DNA of 64,000 nucleotides from Lachnospiraceae bacterium. Its GTDB lineage: Bacteria; Bacillota; Clostridia; Lachnospirales; Lachnospiraceae. The stretch lies in the NCBI GenBank assembly GCA_030526195.1, contig JAUNDG010000002.1, positions 25,248-89,247 of the forward strand, in the 5' to 3' direction. The notes beneath the pieces are model-generated. The model was not told where the DNA came from, did not search any database, and saw nothing but the letters and a program-made list of their open reading frames with translations. Below, in pieces: positions 45,706 to 56,304 of this stretch (the first letter of the stretch is position 1; every line of letters begins with the position of its first letter). Position numbers and translations under genes: made by a program.

Positions 45706-46341
45706 CTATTTCTGTTCCCGGTAAAACATAGGCATCATAGCTTCAAGCAGACTGCCGGGTGCCATCTGAAGCATCAGTTCTGTGTTTCTGATAAAAGCCT
45801 GAACTTTGTAAAGCCTTACCGTTTCCGGATAGTCAATGAGTGCGTCAAATGTGGTATGGGCATATGACAAAGCCATAGCGACCACTTCTTCCGGATAATC
45901 ACTGAACATGATGCCCTGCGCAATACCGTCCTTAATGATTCTAACAAAGTACGGGGTGATAGCATCCAGAAGGCGCTGTTCCATCTTTTGATGCATAAGA
46001 GCATTCTGGGGTTTATGGACTTGCTCCAGAACCATGTCACCTACTTCTGTATCCACACGCGTACTCAGAACGGCCTGTGTAAAGCGCTCTAACACGGGTT
46101 TATCGGCATTTTCAGCAATGGCGGCTACTTTGATTCTGATATCGGCTATGATCCGCTCAATAATACCATCCAGAATATCTTCCTTTGATCTGAAATGGTA
46201 ATACAGTGTCCCGCGTGCAATACCTATTTCAGCCAGGATATCGTTGGTACTTGTACAATCGTATCCGTTCAAACAAAAGAGGCGTTCGGAAACATCCAGT
46301 ATTTCTTTTCTTCTTTCTTTACCATCTTTTACGATTCTCAT
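45706..46341 (-). CDS. TetR/AcrR family transcriptional regulator
   Basis: N-terminal HTH RRKEILDVSERLFCLNGYDCTSTNDILAEIGIARGTLYYHFRSKEDI. GGAGG RBS before ATG 46341. Confidence 0.85.
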   Translation of the reverse strand: MRIVKDGKERRKEILDVSERLFCLNGYDCTSTNDILAEIGIARGTLYYHFRSKEDILDGIIERIIADIRIKVAAIAENADKPVLERFTQAVLSTRVDTEVGDMVLEQVHKPQNALMHQKMEQRLLDAITPYFVRIIKDGIAQGIMFSDYPEEVVAMALSYAHTTFDALIDYPETVRLYKVQAFIRNTELMLQMAPGSLLEAMMPMFYREQK

Positions 46342-46351
46342 CAGTGCCTCC

Positions 46352-46370
46352 AACCGACAGCCTGTCGATT
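46352..46370. promoter_or_regulatory. second, related inverted repeat upstream of tetR (candidate autoregulatory operator)
   Basis: AACCGACAG-C-CTGTCGATT shares the ACCGACA/TGTCG core with 45649-45667. Confidence 0.4.
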
Positions 46371-46418
46371 TCTCATAGTATACACAGACAACCGGGAAAA
46401 GTAAAGACAATGATACCA

Positions 46419-48020
46419 TTACCCCCGGCGTCTCCGGTCGATACCGGAGGCTTTGTAGAACTCACTCTTCTGCCGGTACATGTCTTCATCGGCCTGTTTG
46501 AGGATATCCTCGAAGACCAGGCCACCGGCCATAGAGTCCTGATAGACAGCCCCCAGAGACCCGTTAGAGCCCATAAGTTCCCGGGCCATGGCGACCTTGC
46601 GCTCGAAACCTTCCCGGGAAATGGCGGTGTCAACGGCAATAAACTCATCGCCGCCCAGCCGATAGATCGTGCCCTCACCGAACACACTCTTCATAACAGC
46701 ACACACATTGAGGATCAGCCGGTCACCGGCATCATGGCCGTACTGATCGTTGGTGATCTTCAGGTTATTGACATCGCACATGGCAATGGCCAGTGAATGA
46801 CTGCTGTCAAAGTGACGGGTATACAGGGCCTCCAGAGCTTTGCGGTTCAGGGTATCCGTCATACCGTCATGGAGCGCGTTATAAGTCATTTCCTGCGTGT
46901 TATCCCGTAAACGCAGCATGAAGGAAATGATAAATTCCATCATACTGATCAGATCTGAAATATCCTGCAGCTTATCAAGGGGAGGATTGTCGACACCATA
47001 GAAGCCGACCATTTTCCCTTCCACAATGATGGGACCCGTAACCAGGGAGTTGATGCCCTGAGGTTTCAGAATATCATACATGGGCTGACTGATGCTGCGA
47101 TAGTCTTCCAGATTGCGAATAATGATGTTGTTGGATTTGCGATATCCGTTGTACCCGACCTCGATGACTCCTTCGTAGGGCACGTTCTGGAGATTATCGA
47201 TCTCGGCGCTTACCCCTTCGCGGCACCACTCATAAGTATTATCAAAACTGCCGGTGTCATTTTCTTCGAAAATGTAGGCCCGGTCAGCCTTCAGGTTTTC
47301 GCAGATATACTGGATCAGCTGATTGATCACCTTGTTGGGCTCACCCTCTGACGAGGCATAACGCACCATATCCGTGATAAAGACATCATAGGTATCGATC
47401 TTGTCATGGATATGACGGTTGTCGATTTCCAGTGTCTCAATGCGCAGGCGATACAGGATTTTCTGCATCTTATGACGCATGATGATGGCGGTGATCACTA
47501 AACTGAGCAGGCAGTAGGGAATGATATTCACCAGATTATAGGCAAAGATGGCCGGCGGCTGTGTTCGGGAAGCCATAACGATATAAACCACCAGACTGCA
47601 AAGAATGATGCTGTTCATGATCCAGGTTCTGGCGGTGAACAAAAGCGGTACCGCGATCAGCATGACAATGTAGGCCACCGTCAGATCATTAGGGGTTAAG
47701 AGCGTCCCCATGACAATGCCGAAGGACAAAAGGGCCATAAAGAACACATAAACCAGAAGGTTCTTGACCCGTACCGGAACGGCTTTCAGGGACATCAGGA
47801 TATAAATGACGGCTGAAACAAGCGCGTAGGTCAGATAAAGGCCCTTATTCCGGTAAATACTTGGTGAGAAGTGGCTGACGAGGGTCATCATGGCGAAAAT
47901 GGCAATCCCGATAACCGCAAAGACCCTGAGGCTCTGGCGGTTATCCTTCCAGACCTCTTCTTTTATCAGTGCATAATCTTCTTTTTTAAAAGAGAAAAAT
48001 GAAAACTTCTCTTCCATCAT
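46419..48020 (-). CDS. membrane-bound diguanylate cyclase (multi-TM N-terminus, GAF-like domain, GGDEF)
   Basis: About 6 TM helices, a central GAF-like region, and the C-terminal RLGGDEFIAV active site with an upstream inhibitory-site-like motif. Confidence 0.85.
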   Translation of the reverse strand: MMEEKFSFFSFKKEDYALIKEEVWKDNRQSLRVFAVIGIAIFAMMTLVSHFSPSIYRNKGLYLTYALVSAVIYILMSLKAVPVRVKNLLVYVFFMALLSFGIVMGTLLTPNDLTVAYIVMLIAVPLLFTARTWIMNSIILCSLVVYIVMASRTQPPAIFAYNLVNIIPYCLLSLVITAIIMRHKMQKILYRLRIETLEIDNRHIHDKIDTYDVFITDMVRYASSEGEPNKVINQLIQYICENLKADRAYIFEENDTGSFDNTYEWCREGVSAEIDNLQNVPYEGVIEVGYNGYRKSNNIIIRNLEDYRSISQPMYDILKPQGINSLVTGPIIVEGKMVGFYGVDNPPLDKLQDISDLISMMEFIISFMLRLRDNTQEMTYNALHDGMTDTLNRKALEALYTRHFDSSHSLAIAMCDVNNLKITNDQYGHDAGDRLILNVCAVMKSVFGEGTIYRLGGDEFIAVDTAISREGFERKVAMARELMGSNGSLGAVYQDSMAGGLVFEDILKQADEDMYRQKSEFYKASGIDRRRRG

Positions 48021-48131
48021 GTTACCTCTTAAAGCACCGCCGGAAGCGGTTTATTTTGTGTATGCCGTGCCTTTATCATGGAGCAGCATGCTGATTTATC
48101 AGTATGCGGATTTCCCGTTATGTATCGCCGA

Positions 48132-50555
48132 TTATTTCAGTATTGCCGCCAAAGCCTCATCCAGCTTATCAAGATGAATGGGCTTGGCCACATGGCCGTT
48201 CATCCCCGCCTCAAAGGCCTTGCGTCTGTCCTCTTCGAAGGCATTGGCGGTCATGGCGATGATAGGGGTGGAAGCCTTTTCCGGGTGTTCCAGAGCGCGG
48301 ATGCGCCGAGAAGCCTCGTAACCGTCCATAAAGGGCATCTGGATATCCATAAGAATCAGGGCATAGGTGTGGGGCGCGGCATCCTCTATGATGGCCACAG
48401 CCTCGGCACCGTCATCGGCGATATCCACCAGGAAGCCTTTGTTCTGCAGGATTTCATAAGCGATCTCCTGATTGAGTTCATTGTCCTCAACCAGAAGCAG
48501 GCGAAGACCTGTATAAGCCACCGTTTTGGGTGCTGTGTCATCATTCCCGGATTCATCATGGCGGTTGTTAGATGTGAAGTCGTCTTCACACGCGGCCTGT
48601 GATACCACCTGCAGCGGCAAGGTGACGGTAAAGGCTGTGCCTTCGCCTACACGGCTGTCAACCGTGATCTCACCGCCCATCATATCCACGATGCTCTTGG
48701 TGATGGCCATGCCAAGGCCGGTGCCCTGGATGCCGCTGACCGTGGAGGTCTGCTCACGGGTAAAGGGCTCAAAGATCACGGCCATGAACTCTTCGCTCAT
48801 GCCGATACCGGTATCACGAACAACAAACGTAAATTGAGATGTTTCGCCTTTGACAGTTTCATTTTCGGAAATGGTTAAGCTGACGGCCCCACCGGCTTTG
48901 GTGAATTTCATGGCATTGCTTAACAGATTCAAAAGCAGCTGGTTAAGGCGCAGCTTATCGCAAATGACAAAGTCATGTTCGACCGCATGACTGTCCACGG
49001 TAAAGGTCAGCCCTTTGGATTCCATATCCGTCATGATGATGGTGGAAAGATCCCGAATCAGGGTATTTAAGTGAACCTGTGATTCCTGAATCGTGATCTT
49101 ACCGGACTCGATACGGCTCATGTCCAGCACATCATTGATGAGATTGAGGAGATGGCCGCCGGCCGTGCTGATCTTGCCAAGATAATCCCGGACACGGTCG
49201 GGATCGTCCGTGTGATCGGCCGCCAGGGAACTGAAACCAATAATGGCATTCATGGGCGTACGCATGTCATGGCTCATATTGTTGAGGAAGGTGGTCTTGG
49301 CCCGATTGGCTTTTTCTGCCTGTTCCAGAGCTTCCTTGAGAATACGCTGTTTTTCCTGTTCGGCCCGGACCTCATCGTCCACGATGGCAAAGCCCATGAC
49401 CACATGTCGGAAGGCGGGTTCCTCTTCTACCTTGGCGATACGCAGCTGGGCATAAAGCTCAGTGTCGCCGCGACGAAGTCGATACTGATAGGACAACATG
49501 CGATCTTTTTTCAGGACCTCATGGAGATAATCAGGATCCGAAAAACGAAGCATTTCCGCCACCTGTTCCGGCACGGCGAAATTTTTGACATAGTTGCTGT
49601 AAACATGTTCAAAGTAATACTGTTTATTGAGTTCAATGCCGTAGATGGTCGTGGACGCATCGGACAGACGGATGGGAATGGCCGTGTTCTCAAGGAGATC
49701 CACATAGTAGACCGAGGAATATTCCTGGCTGAGAATCTGCACAACCGAGGCCTGACGGTTCAGGGCAATCTCCTCCTGCAGGAGTTTTTCCTGAAGCTTC
49801 AGTCGCTCATCGGTGGCTTTAGCGGCCTGATGCAACAGGGCATCCTCTTTTTCACGTTTTAAATGTTCCGCCTGATGACGGCGACCAAGGCTTACGGTAA
49901 AGAAACAGATGAGGCCAAGAGAGATGATCACGATCACCAGCTGAATGAGACTGTTCCGGAAAATGCTGGAATTGGAATCGCTGATGATCCTGCCCACCAC
50001 ATTTTCGCGAATACGGACAGAGACCATCCAGTCAGTATCCGGCACCGGTTTGTAATAAAGGCAGCTGCGACCCTCATCGTTGGCTGTGTAGACCACATAG
50101 CCCTCCCGGTGATTCTGCCAGTCCTCGATGACCCGATCGCAGGGATACTCCGTCGGGAACACACAGTTATGGCGCCACACATCGAAAATGCTGCTGCCAT
50201 CGGCATAGCGGCCTTCCTTTTCGAGAACGGCGGTACCGTCACTGCCGTTAAAAATGCGGGTGAGCACCTGTGAGTCAGCTGTGTCCAGTAAGGACGCATT
50301 GATGATGTCAGTCAGATTATCGGCATTTGCAGAAGCATGCTTCAGACGACCGGTCACATCAGTGACCGTATGATCCGCTATCTCCTTCAGATAGAATTCA
50401 CCGAGAGCTGTAGAGGCCTGATCGGTGATGCGTCCTGTCTGAGCACTGTAGACAATGGTTGAGATGACAATGATAAGCGCAGCAAGAATCAGAACGATGA
50501 TCGTTCCGATATCAGAGTATTTATGTCCTGATGTTGCGCGCTGTGTGTTCTTCAT
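48132..50555 (-). CDS. hybrid sensor histidine kinase/response regulator with extracytoplasmic Cache-like sensor
   Basis: Two TM segments flank a domain of about 170 aa. H-box [11 protein letters not shown], HATPase G-boxes (DTGIGM, GTGLGM) and a C-terminal REC domain ([13 protein letters not shown]). Confidence 0.9.
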   Translation of the reverse strand: MKNTQRATSGHKYSDIGTIIVLILAALIIVISTIVYSAQTGRITDQASTALGEFYLKEIADHTVTDVTGRLKHASANADNLTDIINASLLDTADSQVLTRIFNGSDGTAVLEKEGRYADGSSIFDVWRHNCVFPTEYPCDRVIEDWQNHREGYVVYTANDEGRSCLYYKPVPDTDWMVSVRIRENVVGRIISDSNSSIFRNSLIQLVIVIISLGLICFFTVSLGRRHQAEHLKREKEDALLHQAAKATDERLKLQEKLLQEEIALNRQASVVQILSQEYSSVYYVDLLENTAIPIRLSDASTTIYGIELNKQYYFEHVYSNYVKNFAVPEQVAEMLRFSDPDYLHEVLKKDRMLSYQYRLRRGDTELYAQLRIAKVEEEPAFRHVVMGFAIVDDEVRAEQEKQRILKEALEQAEKANRAKTTFLNNMSHDMRTPMNAIIGFSSLAADHTDDPDRVRDYLGKISTAGGHLLNLINDVLDMSRIESGKITIQESQVHLNTLIRDLSTIIMTDMESKGLTFTVDSHAVEHDFVICDKLRLNQLLLNLLSNAMKFTKAGGAVSLTISENETVKGETSQFTFVVRDTGIGMSEEFMAVIFEPFTREQTSTVSGIQGTGLGMAITKSIVDMMGGEITVDSRVGEGTAFTVTLPLQVVSQAACEDDFTSNNRHDESGNDDTAPKTVAYTGLRLLLVEDNELNQEIAYEILQNKGFLVDIADDGAEAVAIIEDAAPHTYALILMDIQMPFMDGYEASRRIRALEHPEKASTPIIAMTANAFEEDRRKAFEAGMNGHVAKPIHLDKLDEALAAILK

Positions 50556-50619
50556 GGCATCTGATCGTATGGGGCTGGTGATTGGTTATCGGATAATAGT
50601 TGATGTTAATAAGCGCTAT

Positions 50620-50650
50620 GAGCCTCTGATGCGATTGGCGTCAGAGGCTC
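50620..50650 (-). terminator. hairpin after the AI-2E permease gene (probable terminator, weak T-tail)
   Basis: 10-bp stem GAGCCTCTGA/TCAGAGGCTC. Confidence 0.45.
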
Positions 50651-50668
50651 GATTCTAGCTATCAATTA

Positions 50669-52267
50669 TTAGAATTCAGGTGTGTCATCAGAAACCGCTG
50701 ATTCGTCAGAGGCTTCTGTGTCAGTCCCGGCATTGGCTTCTTCAAGACGCTGCTGGGCTTCCATTTCGGCATGGGCCTCTTCCACTTCGGAGCGAATCTG
50801 CTCGGCTTCGGCCTGAGCCTGTTCGGCTTCGTGAAGGGCATCCACATGACGCCAGGCTTCTTCCGCCTGAAGAGAAATCTTCCGTTTCTCCATCAGAGCC
50901 CGGACGGATTCCTCTGTCTGATCCCAGACAGTTTCCTCTGCCGGATTCAGCTTATTCTCATACTTCTTACCGAAATGCTTCAGCTTGTCATACAGACCCA
51001 TTTTCCCATCAATAGGACGGTCTGTGACCGGCTTATGGGTTGTGGGATCCATTTCCCACATAGTGCGGTAGGATTCCAGATCGGAAGGCAGGTCCTTCTT
51101 AAGCGTAGACTTGATCACGTAGGTCTGGATGATGGCGAAAATAATGGCGCACAGCGGGACTGCTATGATCATACCCACCATGCCCAGGATGCCGCTGCCG
51201 ATGAGGATCGAGATCAGCACCAGGAAGCTGGATACACCCACGGAGTTGCCCAGGATCTTCGGGCCCAGGAAGTTGCCGTCAAACTGCTGAAGGACAATGA
51301 TCAGGATAATGAAGTAAAGGGCCATCAGCGGATCCACAAAGAGGATCAGGATCGCGGAGGGAATGGCCCCGATCAAGGGTCCGAAGAATGGAATGATGTT
51401 CGTCAGACCGATGACGATGGCGATCAGCATGGGATACGGCATGTGCAGGATCGACATGGCCACATAGCAGATAATACCGATGATCAGGGAGTCGATGAGC
51501 TTACCGATGATGAAGCCGCCGAATTTCTTATCCACGAACCGCAGATTGTGCACGATCATATTAGCAGCGGTGATGGAGAATACAGCATACACCAGCCGTT
51601 TGAAGCGGGCTTTGATGCGGTTTTTATAGATGAGCACATAGACGGATACGATAAGTCCCAGCACCATATTGGCGATAAAGCCCACAATGCCGACCACATG
51701 CGTGGTAACCTCGCTCACAAGACCGTCGATACCGGGACCCAGGTTTTCATTAAGGAAGTCGAAAATCTGGCTCACATAATCAACAGCGGTGTCGGCCGCT
51801 GTCTCACCGAAGGTGTTGTTCAGGAACCCGGAACCGGAAAAGAGCTGGCTCAGCAGTTTATTGGCCTGATCAAAATAAGTGGGCAGGTTATCAATGATGC
51901 CCTTGATACTCTGGACAAGTTCAGGCACAATGCGGCTGATCACACCGTAAATGATCAGGATCAGTATGATGACCACACCGATGGAGCTGATAAAGCGGAT
52001 CACATTGCGGGTCCGTTTGCTCAGTTCCCGGTGATTATGACCGCATATCTTCAGGAGCAGACGCTCGATGAGCATCATAAAGGGATCCAGAAGATACGCG
52101 ATGGCAAAGCCGTAGACCACCGGGGCCAGTACCTTGCCGATGCCCCTTAAGCCCGCGGCAATGGATGAGACGCGGAATAACAGGAAATAAAACAGAATAC
52201 AGGCCGCAAAGGTCACAAAGCCCGTGACGGCGATCTTTCCGTATATTGTCTTTGGTTTCCATTTCAT
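50669..52267 (-). CDS. AI-2E family (PerM/YdiK-like) transporter with long charged C-terminal extension
   Basis: Polytopic core with the typical conserved region IPFFGPLIGAIPS. The C-terminal ~150 aa are hydrophilic and include an Ala/Glu/Gln-rich helix. Confidence 0.85.
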   Translation of the reverse strand: MKWKPKTIYGKIAVTGFVTFAACILFYFLLFRVSSIAAGLRGIGKVLAPVVYGFAIAYLLDPFMMLIERLLLKICGHNHRELSKRTRNVIRFISSIGVVIILILIIYGVISRIVPELVQSIKGIIDNLPTYFDQANKLLSQLFSGSGFLNNTFGETAADTAVDYVSQIFDFLNENLGPGIDGLVSEVTTHVVGIVGFIANMVLGLIVSVYVLIYKNRIKARFKRLVYAVFSITAANMIVHNLRFVDKKFGGFIIGKLIDSLIIGIICYVAMSILHMPYPMLIAIVIGLTNIIPFFGPLIGAIPSAILILFVDPLMALYFIILIIVLQQFDGNFLGPKILGNSVGVSSFLVLISILIGSGILGMVGMIIAVPLCAIIFAIIQTYVIKSTLKKDLPSDLESYRTMWEMDPTTHKPVTDRPIDGKMGLYDKLKHFGKKYENKLNPAEETVWDQTEESVRALMEKRKISLQAEEAWRHVDALHEAEQAQAEAEQIRSEVEEAHAEMEAQQRLEEANAGTDTEASDESAVSDDTPEF

Positions 52268-52332
52268 GGCGGTGATGTCCTCTAATGAAAATATTGTCTG
52301 TGAGTCATCAAACGATAGTGTGACGCTGTTGA

Positions 52333-52962
52333 TCAGCCTTCAATCCCATCCTTCAGGGCGCAGGCTTTGATGATGAGATCGGCGCAGCCTTCAATGCCCA
52401 GCACACTGCTGTTAAGGCACAGGTCATAGCTTAAGGAAGCGCCCCATTTTTTATTAGTGTAGTAATTGTAATAACTGCTGCGCTTCTTGTCATTTCTGAG
52501 AATCTGGTCGTGAGCCTTTGTCAGGGTCAGATCCGCATGACGGGTCATAAGTGTTTTGGCCCGGTCATCTTCTGATGCATGGATAAAGGTGGAGAACAGG
52601 GGCGCAAAGCCTTCAAGGGCATAATCGGCGCAGCGGCCGACAATGACACAGGGACCTTCCTGGGCAATGCTGCGGATGGCCTCAAACTGAGCCTGGAAAA
52701 CCTTATGCTCCAGGGGCAGGCCGGTAAAGCCGGTGGCCCCGTAGCCGAACCCGTTGCCCATTACCAGTGAGTAAAGGAAACTGTTGGTAGGCTTTTCGTC
52801 ATGCTGTTCCAGGATTTCTTCGCAGAAGCCACTTTCCTTTGCGGCTCTCTCCAGCAGGTTATTATCATAAAAGGGAATACCCAGACGATCAGCGATGAGG
52901 CGGCCGATCTGTCTGCCGCCGGAGCCTGTCTGTCTGCCGATTGTAATAATAGATCTCATCAT
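52333..52962 (-). CDS. cytidylate kinase-like family P-loop protein
   Basis: ITIGRQTGSGGRQIG P-loop variant. 209 aa, the typical 'cytidylate kinase-like' layout. Confidence 0.7.
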   Translation of the reverse strand: MMRSIITIGRQTGSGGRQIGRLIADRLGIPFYDNNLLERAAKESGFCEEILEQHDEKPTNSFLYSLVMGNGFGYGATGFTGLPLEHKVFQAQFEAIRSIAQEGPCVIVGRCADYALEGFAPLFSTFIHASEDDRAKTLMTRHADLTLTKAHDQILRNDKKRSSYYNYYTNKKWGASLSYDLCLNSSVLGIEGCADLIIKACALKDGIEG

Positions 52963-53876
52963 ACACCTCCGAGTTTTTTGAGTAATGCTTTATAGTAGGC
53001 AGGGAGTTCTGCCTCAAATCGTACCGCTTCATGGGTGGTGGGATGTTCAAACCCGATCACCGCCGCATGGAGGGTCTGTCCCGTCAGAGGATAGGGACAT
53101 TTTTTCGGACCGTAAAGCGGATCTCCCAGAAGCGGGTGACCCAGGGAAGCCATATGGACACGGATCTGATGGGTCCGGCCGGTTTCCAGTCGGAATTCGC
53201 AGTCGTCATACCCGTTCAGGCGCTGCAGCACCCGGTAATGGGTCACCGCATGACGGCCGTTTGGATCCACAGCCTGTTTTTTCCGATCCTTTTTATCGCG
53301 GCCCAGGGGCTTATCCACGGTACCGCTCTCCTCCTTCAGATGACCGATGACGATGCCCCGGTACACACGCTCGATATCGTGCACCTTGAGCTTATCGGCC
53401 AGAAACTGATGGGCTTTGTCATTTTTGCAAATGATAAGTGAACCGGTGGTGTCCTTATCGATCCGATGGACGATCCCCGGTCTCATTATACCATTAATTC
53501 CCGATAACTGGTCACCACAATGATAAAGAATGGCATTTACCAACGTATCATCCGTATGCCCGGCGCTGGGATGGACCACCATATCCTTGGGCTTGTTGAT
53601 GATGAGAATGTCATCATCCTCGTAAATGATATCCAGGGGCATGTCCACCGGCCGGATGTCGCAGGGCTCCGGTTCCGGCACCTCCAGGGTGATCACTTCG
53701 CCCCCTTTAAGCTTTAAGGATACCTTGGGCTGCTTGCCATTGACGCATAAGCGCCCCTCTTCCGCCAGTGTCTGCAGGCGGGAACGGGAAATGTCGGGCC
53801 AGGCAGCGGCCAGGTATTTATCAAGACGAGTCGGCGCCTCAAGGGCCGGCACCGTCAGACTGCGCAAGTCACTCAT
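52959..53876 (-). CDS. rluD: RluA-family 23S rRNA pseudouridine synthase (RluD-like) with S4 domain
   Basis: N-terminal S4 domain (RLDKYL), the catalytic motif HRIDKDTTGSLI, and the C-terminal GRTHQIRVH. Confidence 0.9.
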   Translation of the reverse strand: MSDLRSLTVPALEAPTRLDKYLAAAWPDISRSRLQTLAEEGRLCVNGKQPKVSLKLKGGEVITLEVPEPEPCDIRPVDMPLDIIYEDDDILIINKPKDMVVHPSAGHTDDTLVNAILYHCGDQLSGINGIMRPGIVHRIDKDTTGSLIICKNDKAHQFLADKLKVHDIERVYRGIVIGHLKEESGTVDKPLGRDKKDRKKQAVDPNGRHAVTHYRVLQRLNGYDDCEFRLETGRTHQIRVHMASLGHPLLGDPLYGPKKCPYPLTGQTLHAAVIGFEHPTTHEAVRFEAELPAYYKALLKKLGGV

Positions 53877-53913
53877 AGACGCTTCCTTTCGGTTGTGTCT
53901 TCGCTTCGGCCGT

Positions 53914-54411
53914 TTATTTGAGGCTCAAGAAGTCGAAATCTTCATTTTTATAAACAAACAAAATGAGCAGGACGAGCACCGCCACGCCCACGGACACATA
54001 AATGTCCGCTACATTGAAGATCGGGAAATCAATCAGGGAAAAATAAATGAAATCCCGGACATATCCGAAGACAATGCGGTCCACCAGATTCCCCACAGCG
54101 CCGGCCATGATCACCAGGATGGTGAGGCGCATCAAGAGGAAACGGCGTGTGTTCGGGACTTTAATGAGCACATAAAGGGCCACTGCCAGGAAAATAGCCG
54201 TGATGATAATAAAGAAGACACGGGCATCCTGCAGCAGACTGAAGGCGGCGCCATGGTTCTCCAGATAGTGAAATTCCAGCACATTGTTGATGAGCGGCAG
54301 CGGGGTGCCAAGGCGCGATGCCGCCAGCGCTTTGGTGACAAGATCTGCCGCCACCAGCACAATAAAGAGCACCAGGGATTTGATGATACGGGACGGTGTC
54401 AGGGTTTTCAT
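53914..54411 (-). CDS. lspA: lipoprotein signal peptidase II
   Basis: 165 aa with four TM segments. NHGAAFS and FNVADIYV catalytic Asp motifs. Confidence 0.9.
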   Translation of the reverse strand: MKTLTPSRIIKSLVLFIVLVAADLVTKALAASRLGTPLPLINNVLEFHYLENHGAAFSLLQDARVFFIIITAIFLAVALYVLIKVPNTRRFLLMRLTILVIMAGAVGNLVDRIVFGYVRDFIYFSLIDFPIFNVADIYVSVGVAVLVLLILFVYKNEDFDFLSLK

Positions 54412-54414
54412 AGC

Positions 54415-55506
54415 TTAAACCTCCGGACAGATGGCCGCAATGCCGTTCATCATCTCCTCATCCGTCACGTCATATGCCGTGAACGCATCCCCGAGGGCGC
54501 GAAGAAGCACAAAGCGAATCTGTTTATTCTGCATTTTTTTATCGGATTTTGTGTTGTTCAGGACAGCCTGCCGGTTGATAGCCTCACAGGACACGGGCAG
54601 AGCTAAGGCCTTCAGGGTCTTCACAATATCCTCATGATCCTTTTCGGAAATGAGGCTGCGGTCGGCGCTCATGCGTGAAGCGGCCACCATGCCAAGGGCC
54701 ACACATTCCCCGTGGGTCATGGTGAAATTAAGCGCTTTTTCAACGGCGTGACCGATGGTATGGCCGAGATTTAAAAGCATACGCTCGCCATTTTCAAAGG
54801 GGTCACGGGTGACAACGCCCTGCTTGATCATACAGGTGCGGCGGACCATTTCCTCGAGAGTTGCCGTGTCGTGGGCGTTGATGGCCGCTACATTTTCTTT
54901 AAGCCAGTTGTAGAGGGCCTCATCCTTGATAAGGGCAGACTTCACCACTTCTGCCATACCGGATCGGAACTCCCGCTCCGGCAGCGTGCCGATGACGGCC
55001 ATGTTGATGTAGACCAGAGACGGCATGTGGAAAGCGCCGATCATGTTCTTGTAATCGTTATAATCGAAGCCGGTTTTGCCGCCGATGGAAGCATCCACCT
55101 GGGATAACAGGGTCGTGGGGATCTGGATGAAAGGAATGCCCCGCATGTAGGTGGCGGAGGCAAAGCCGGTCATATCGCCGATGACACCGCCCCCCAGGGA
55201 AATCAGCAGACTCTTCCGGGTGAAGCCGGCGGGGATCAGGGCATCGTAGATGCTTGTGATGGAGGTGAGGTTCTTATGGATCTCACCGGCCGGGATGGTG
55301 ATCAGGAGCGGCTCCGGATCGAAGGTGCGCAGGCACTCTAAGATGGACGCGCTGTAAAGAGGCGCGGTGTTGGAATCGGCAATGACAGCGATCCGGTCGG
55401 GTGTGAGCCCGGTTTTCCGGATGGCGTCAGCCAGAGATTCGAAACTGTCAGTGAGCACAATATCGTAGGCGGAACCGTCTTTATTGGTAATGGTTAAGGT
55501 ATTCAT
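54415..55506 (-). CDS. aroB: 3-dehydroquinate synthase
   Basis: GGGVIGDMTGFASATYMRGIPFIQIPTTLL and GHTIGHAVE metal/NAD motifs. AAGGAGGG RBS before ATG 55506. Confidence 0.9.
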   Translation of the reverse strand: MNTLTITNKDGSAYDIVLTDSFESLADAIRKTGLTPDRIAVIADSNTAPLYSASILECLRTFDPEPLLITIPAGEIHKNLTSITSIYDALIPAGFTRKSLLISLGGGVIGDMTGFASATYMRGIPFIQIPTTLLSQVDASIGGKTGFDYNDYKNMIGAFHMPSLVYINMAVIGTLPEREFRSGMAEVVKSALIKDEALYNWLKENVAAINAHDTATLEEMVRRTCMIKQGVVTRDPFENGERMLLNLGHTIGHAVEKALNFTMTHGECVALGMVAASRMSADRSLISEKDHEDIVKTLKALALPVSCEAINRQAVLNNTKSDKKMQNKQIRFVLLRALGDAFTAYDVTDEEMMNGIAAICPEV

Positions 55507-55650
55507 AGGGAAGGGCGTACCCTCCTTTCTCAAAAATAAAAGAAAGCATCAGACGATGAGCGCCTGACGCTTTTTAGATCTGAATAGTCAAGCGGATAAG
55601 TGGCATCCGCTTCTTAGCCCGCGCAGGACCGTTAAGCGGCTGCGGGTGCT

Positions 55651-56289
55651 TTAATACTGCGATTTCATCATGGACAGATCGATGGACCCGTTCAGGATGT
55701 CTTCATAATCACCGGTGAGTTCAACATTTTCCGGTGTCAGAATGAAGATGTAGCTGGAGATCTTCTTAAGGCTGGCATTAAGTGAGTAGGTTGTGCCACA
55801 GGTGAAGTCGATGATGCGCTGAGCCATCTCTGTATCAAGACCTTCCAGGTTGAGGAGGACGGTATAATTGTCAAGCAGCGTATCGGCAATGAGCTGAGTA
55901 TCCTCCATGGATTTTGGCCTGATCACGTTGACAGCCATGCCGGCGGGAAGACTTCTCTTACCGCGGATCGGTGTAACCTTAGGACCGGCGGCCTTGTGCG
56001 TCTGTTTTTCCTTGGAGAAACGATCTGTTTTCTCAGTGGGCTTGTCAGCCTTGGGCGCCTTCGGGGCCGGGCCGGTTGCTTTCTTAGAGGATTTCTTCGG
56101 TTTTGGTTCATCGAAATCTTCGAATTCGTCAAAATCGTCGATATCATTTTCCTTAAAGCGTTTGAAAAATCTGTTTTTCGGTTTATCTTCCTCGTAATCG
56201 TCGAAGTCTTCGTCGTCGAGGAATTCTTCGTCGTCATCATAGTCATCGTTGAGTTTGATGGCGTCTAAAAAGCGATCTAAAAGTCCCAT
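55651..56289 (-). CDS. sepF: cell division protein SepF with expanded charged linker
   Basis: N-terminal amphipathic MGLLDRFLDAIKL and a C-terminal DUF552 core (VLLNLEGLDTEMAQRIIDFTCGTTYSLN). Adjacent to yggS. Confidence 0.85.
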   Translation of the reverse strand: MGLLDRFLDAIKLNDDYDDDEEFLDDEDFDDYEEDKPKNRFFKRFKENDIDDFDEFEDFDEPKPKKSSKKATGPAPKAPKADKPTEKTDRFSKEKQTHKAAGPKVTPIRGKRSLPAGMAVNVIRPKSMEDTQLIADTLLDNYTVLLNLEGLDTEMAQRIIDFTCGTTYSLNASLKKISSYIFILTPENVELTGDYEDILNGSIDLSMMKSQY

Positions 56290-56304
56290 TTTTTATACTC
56301 CGTT

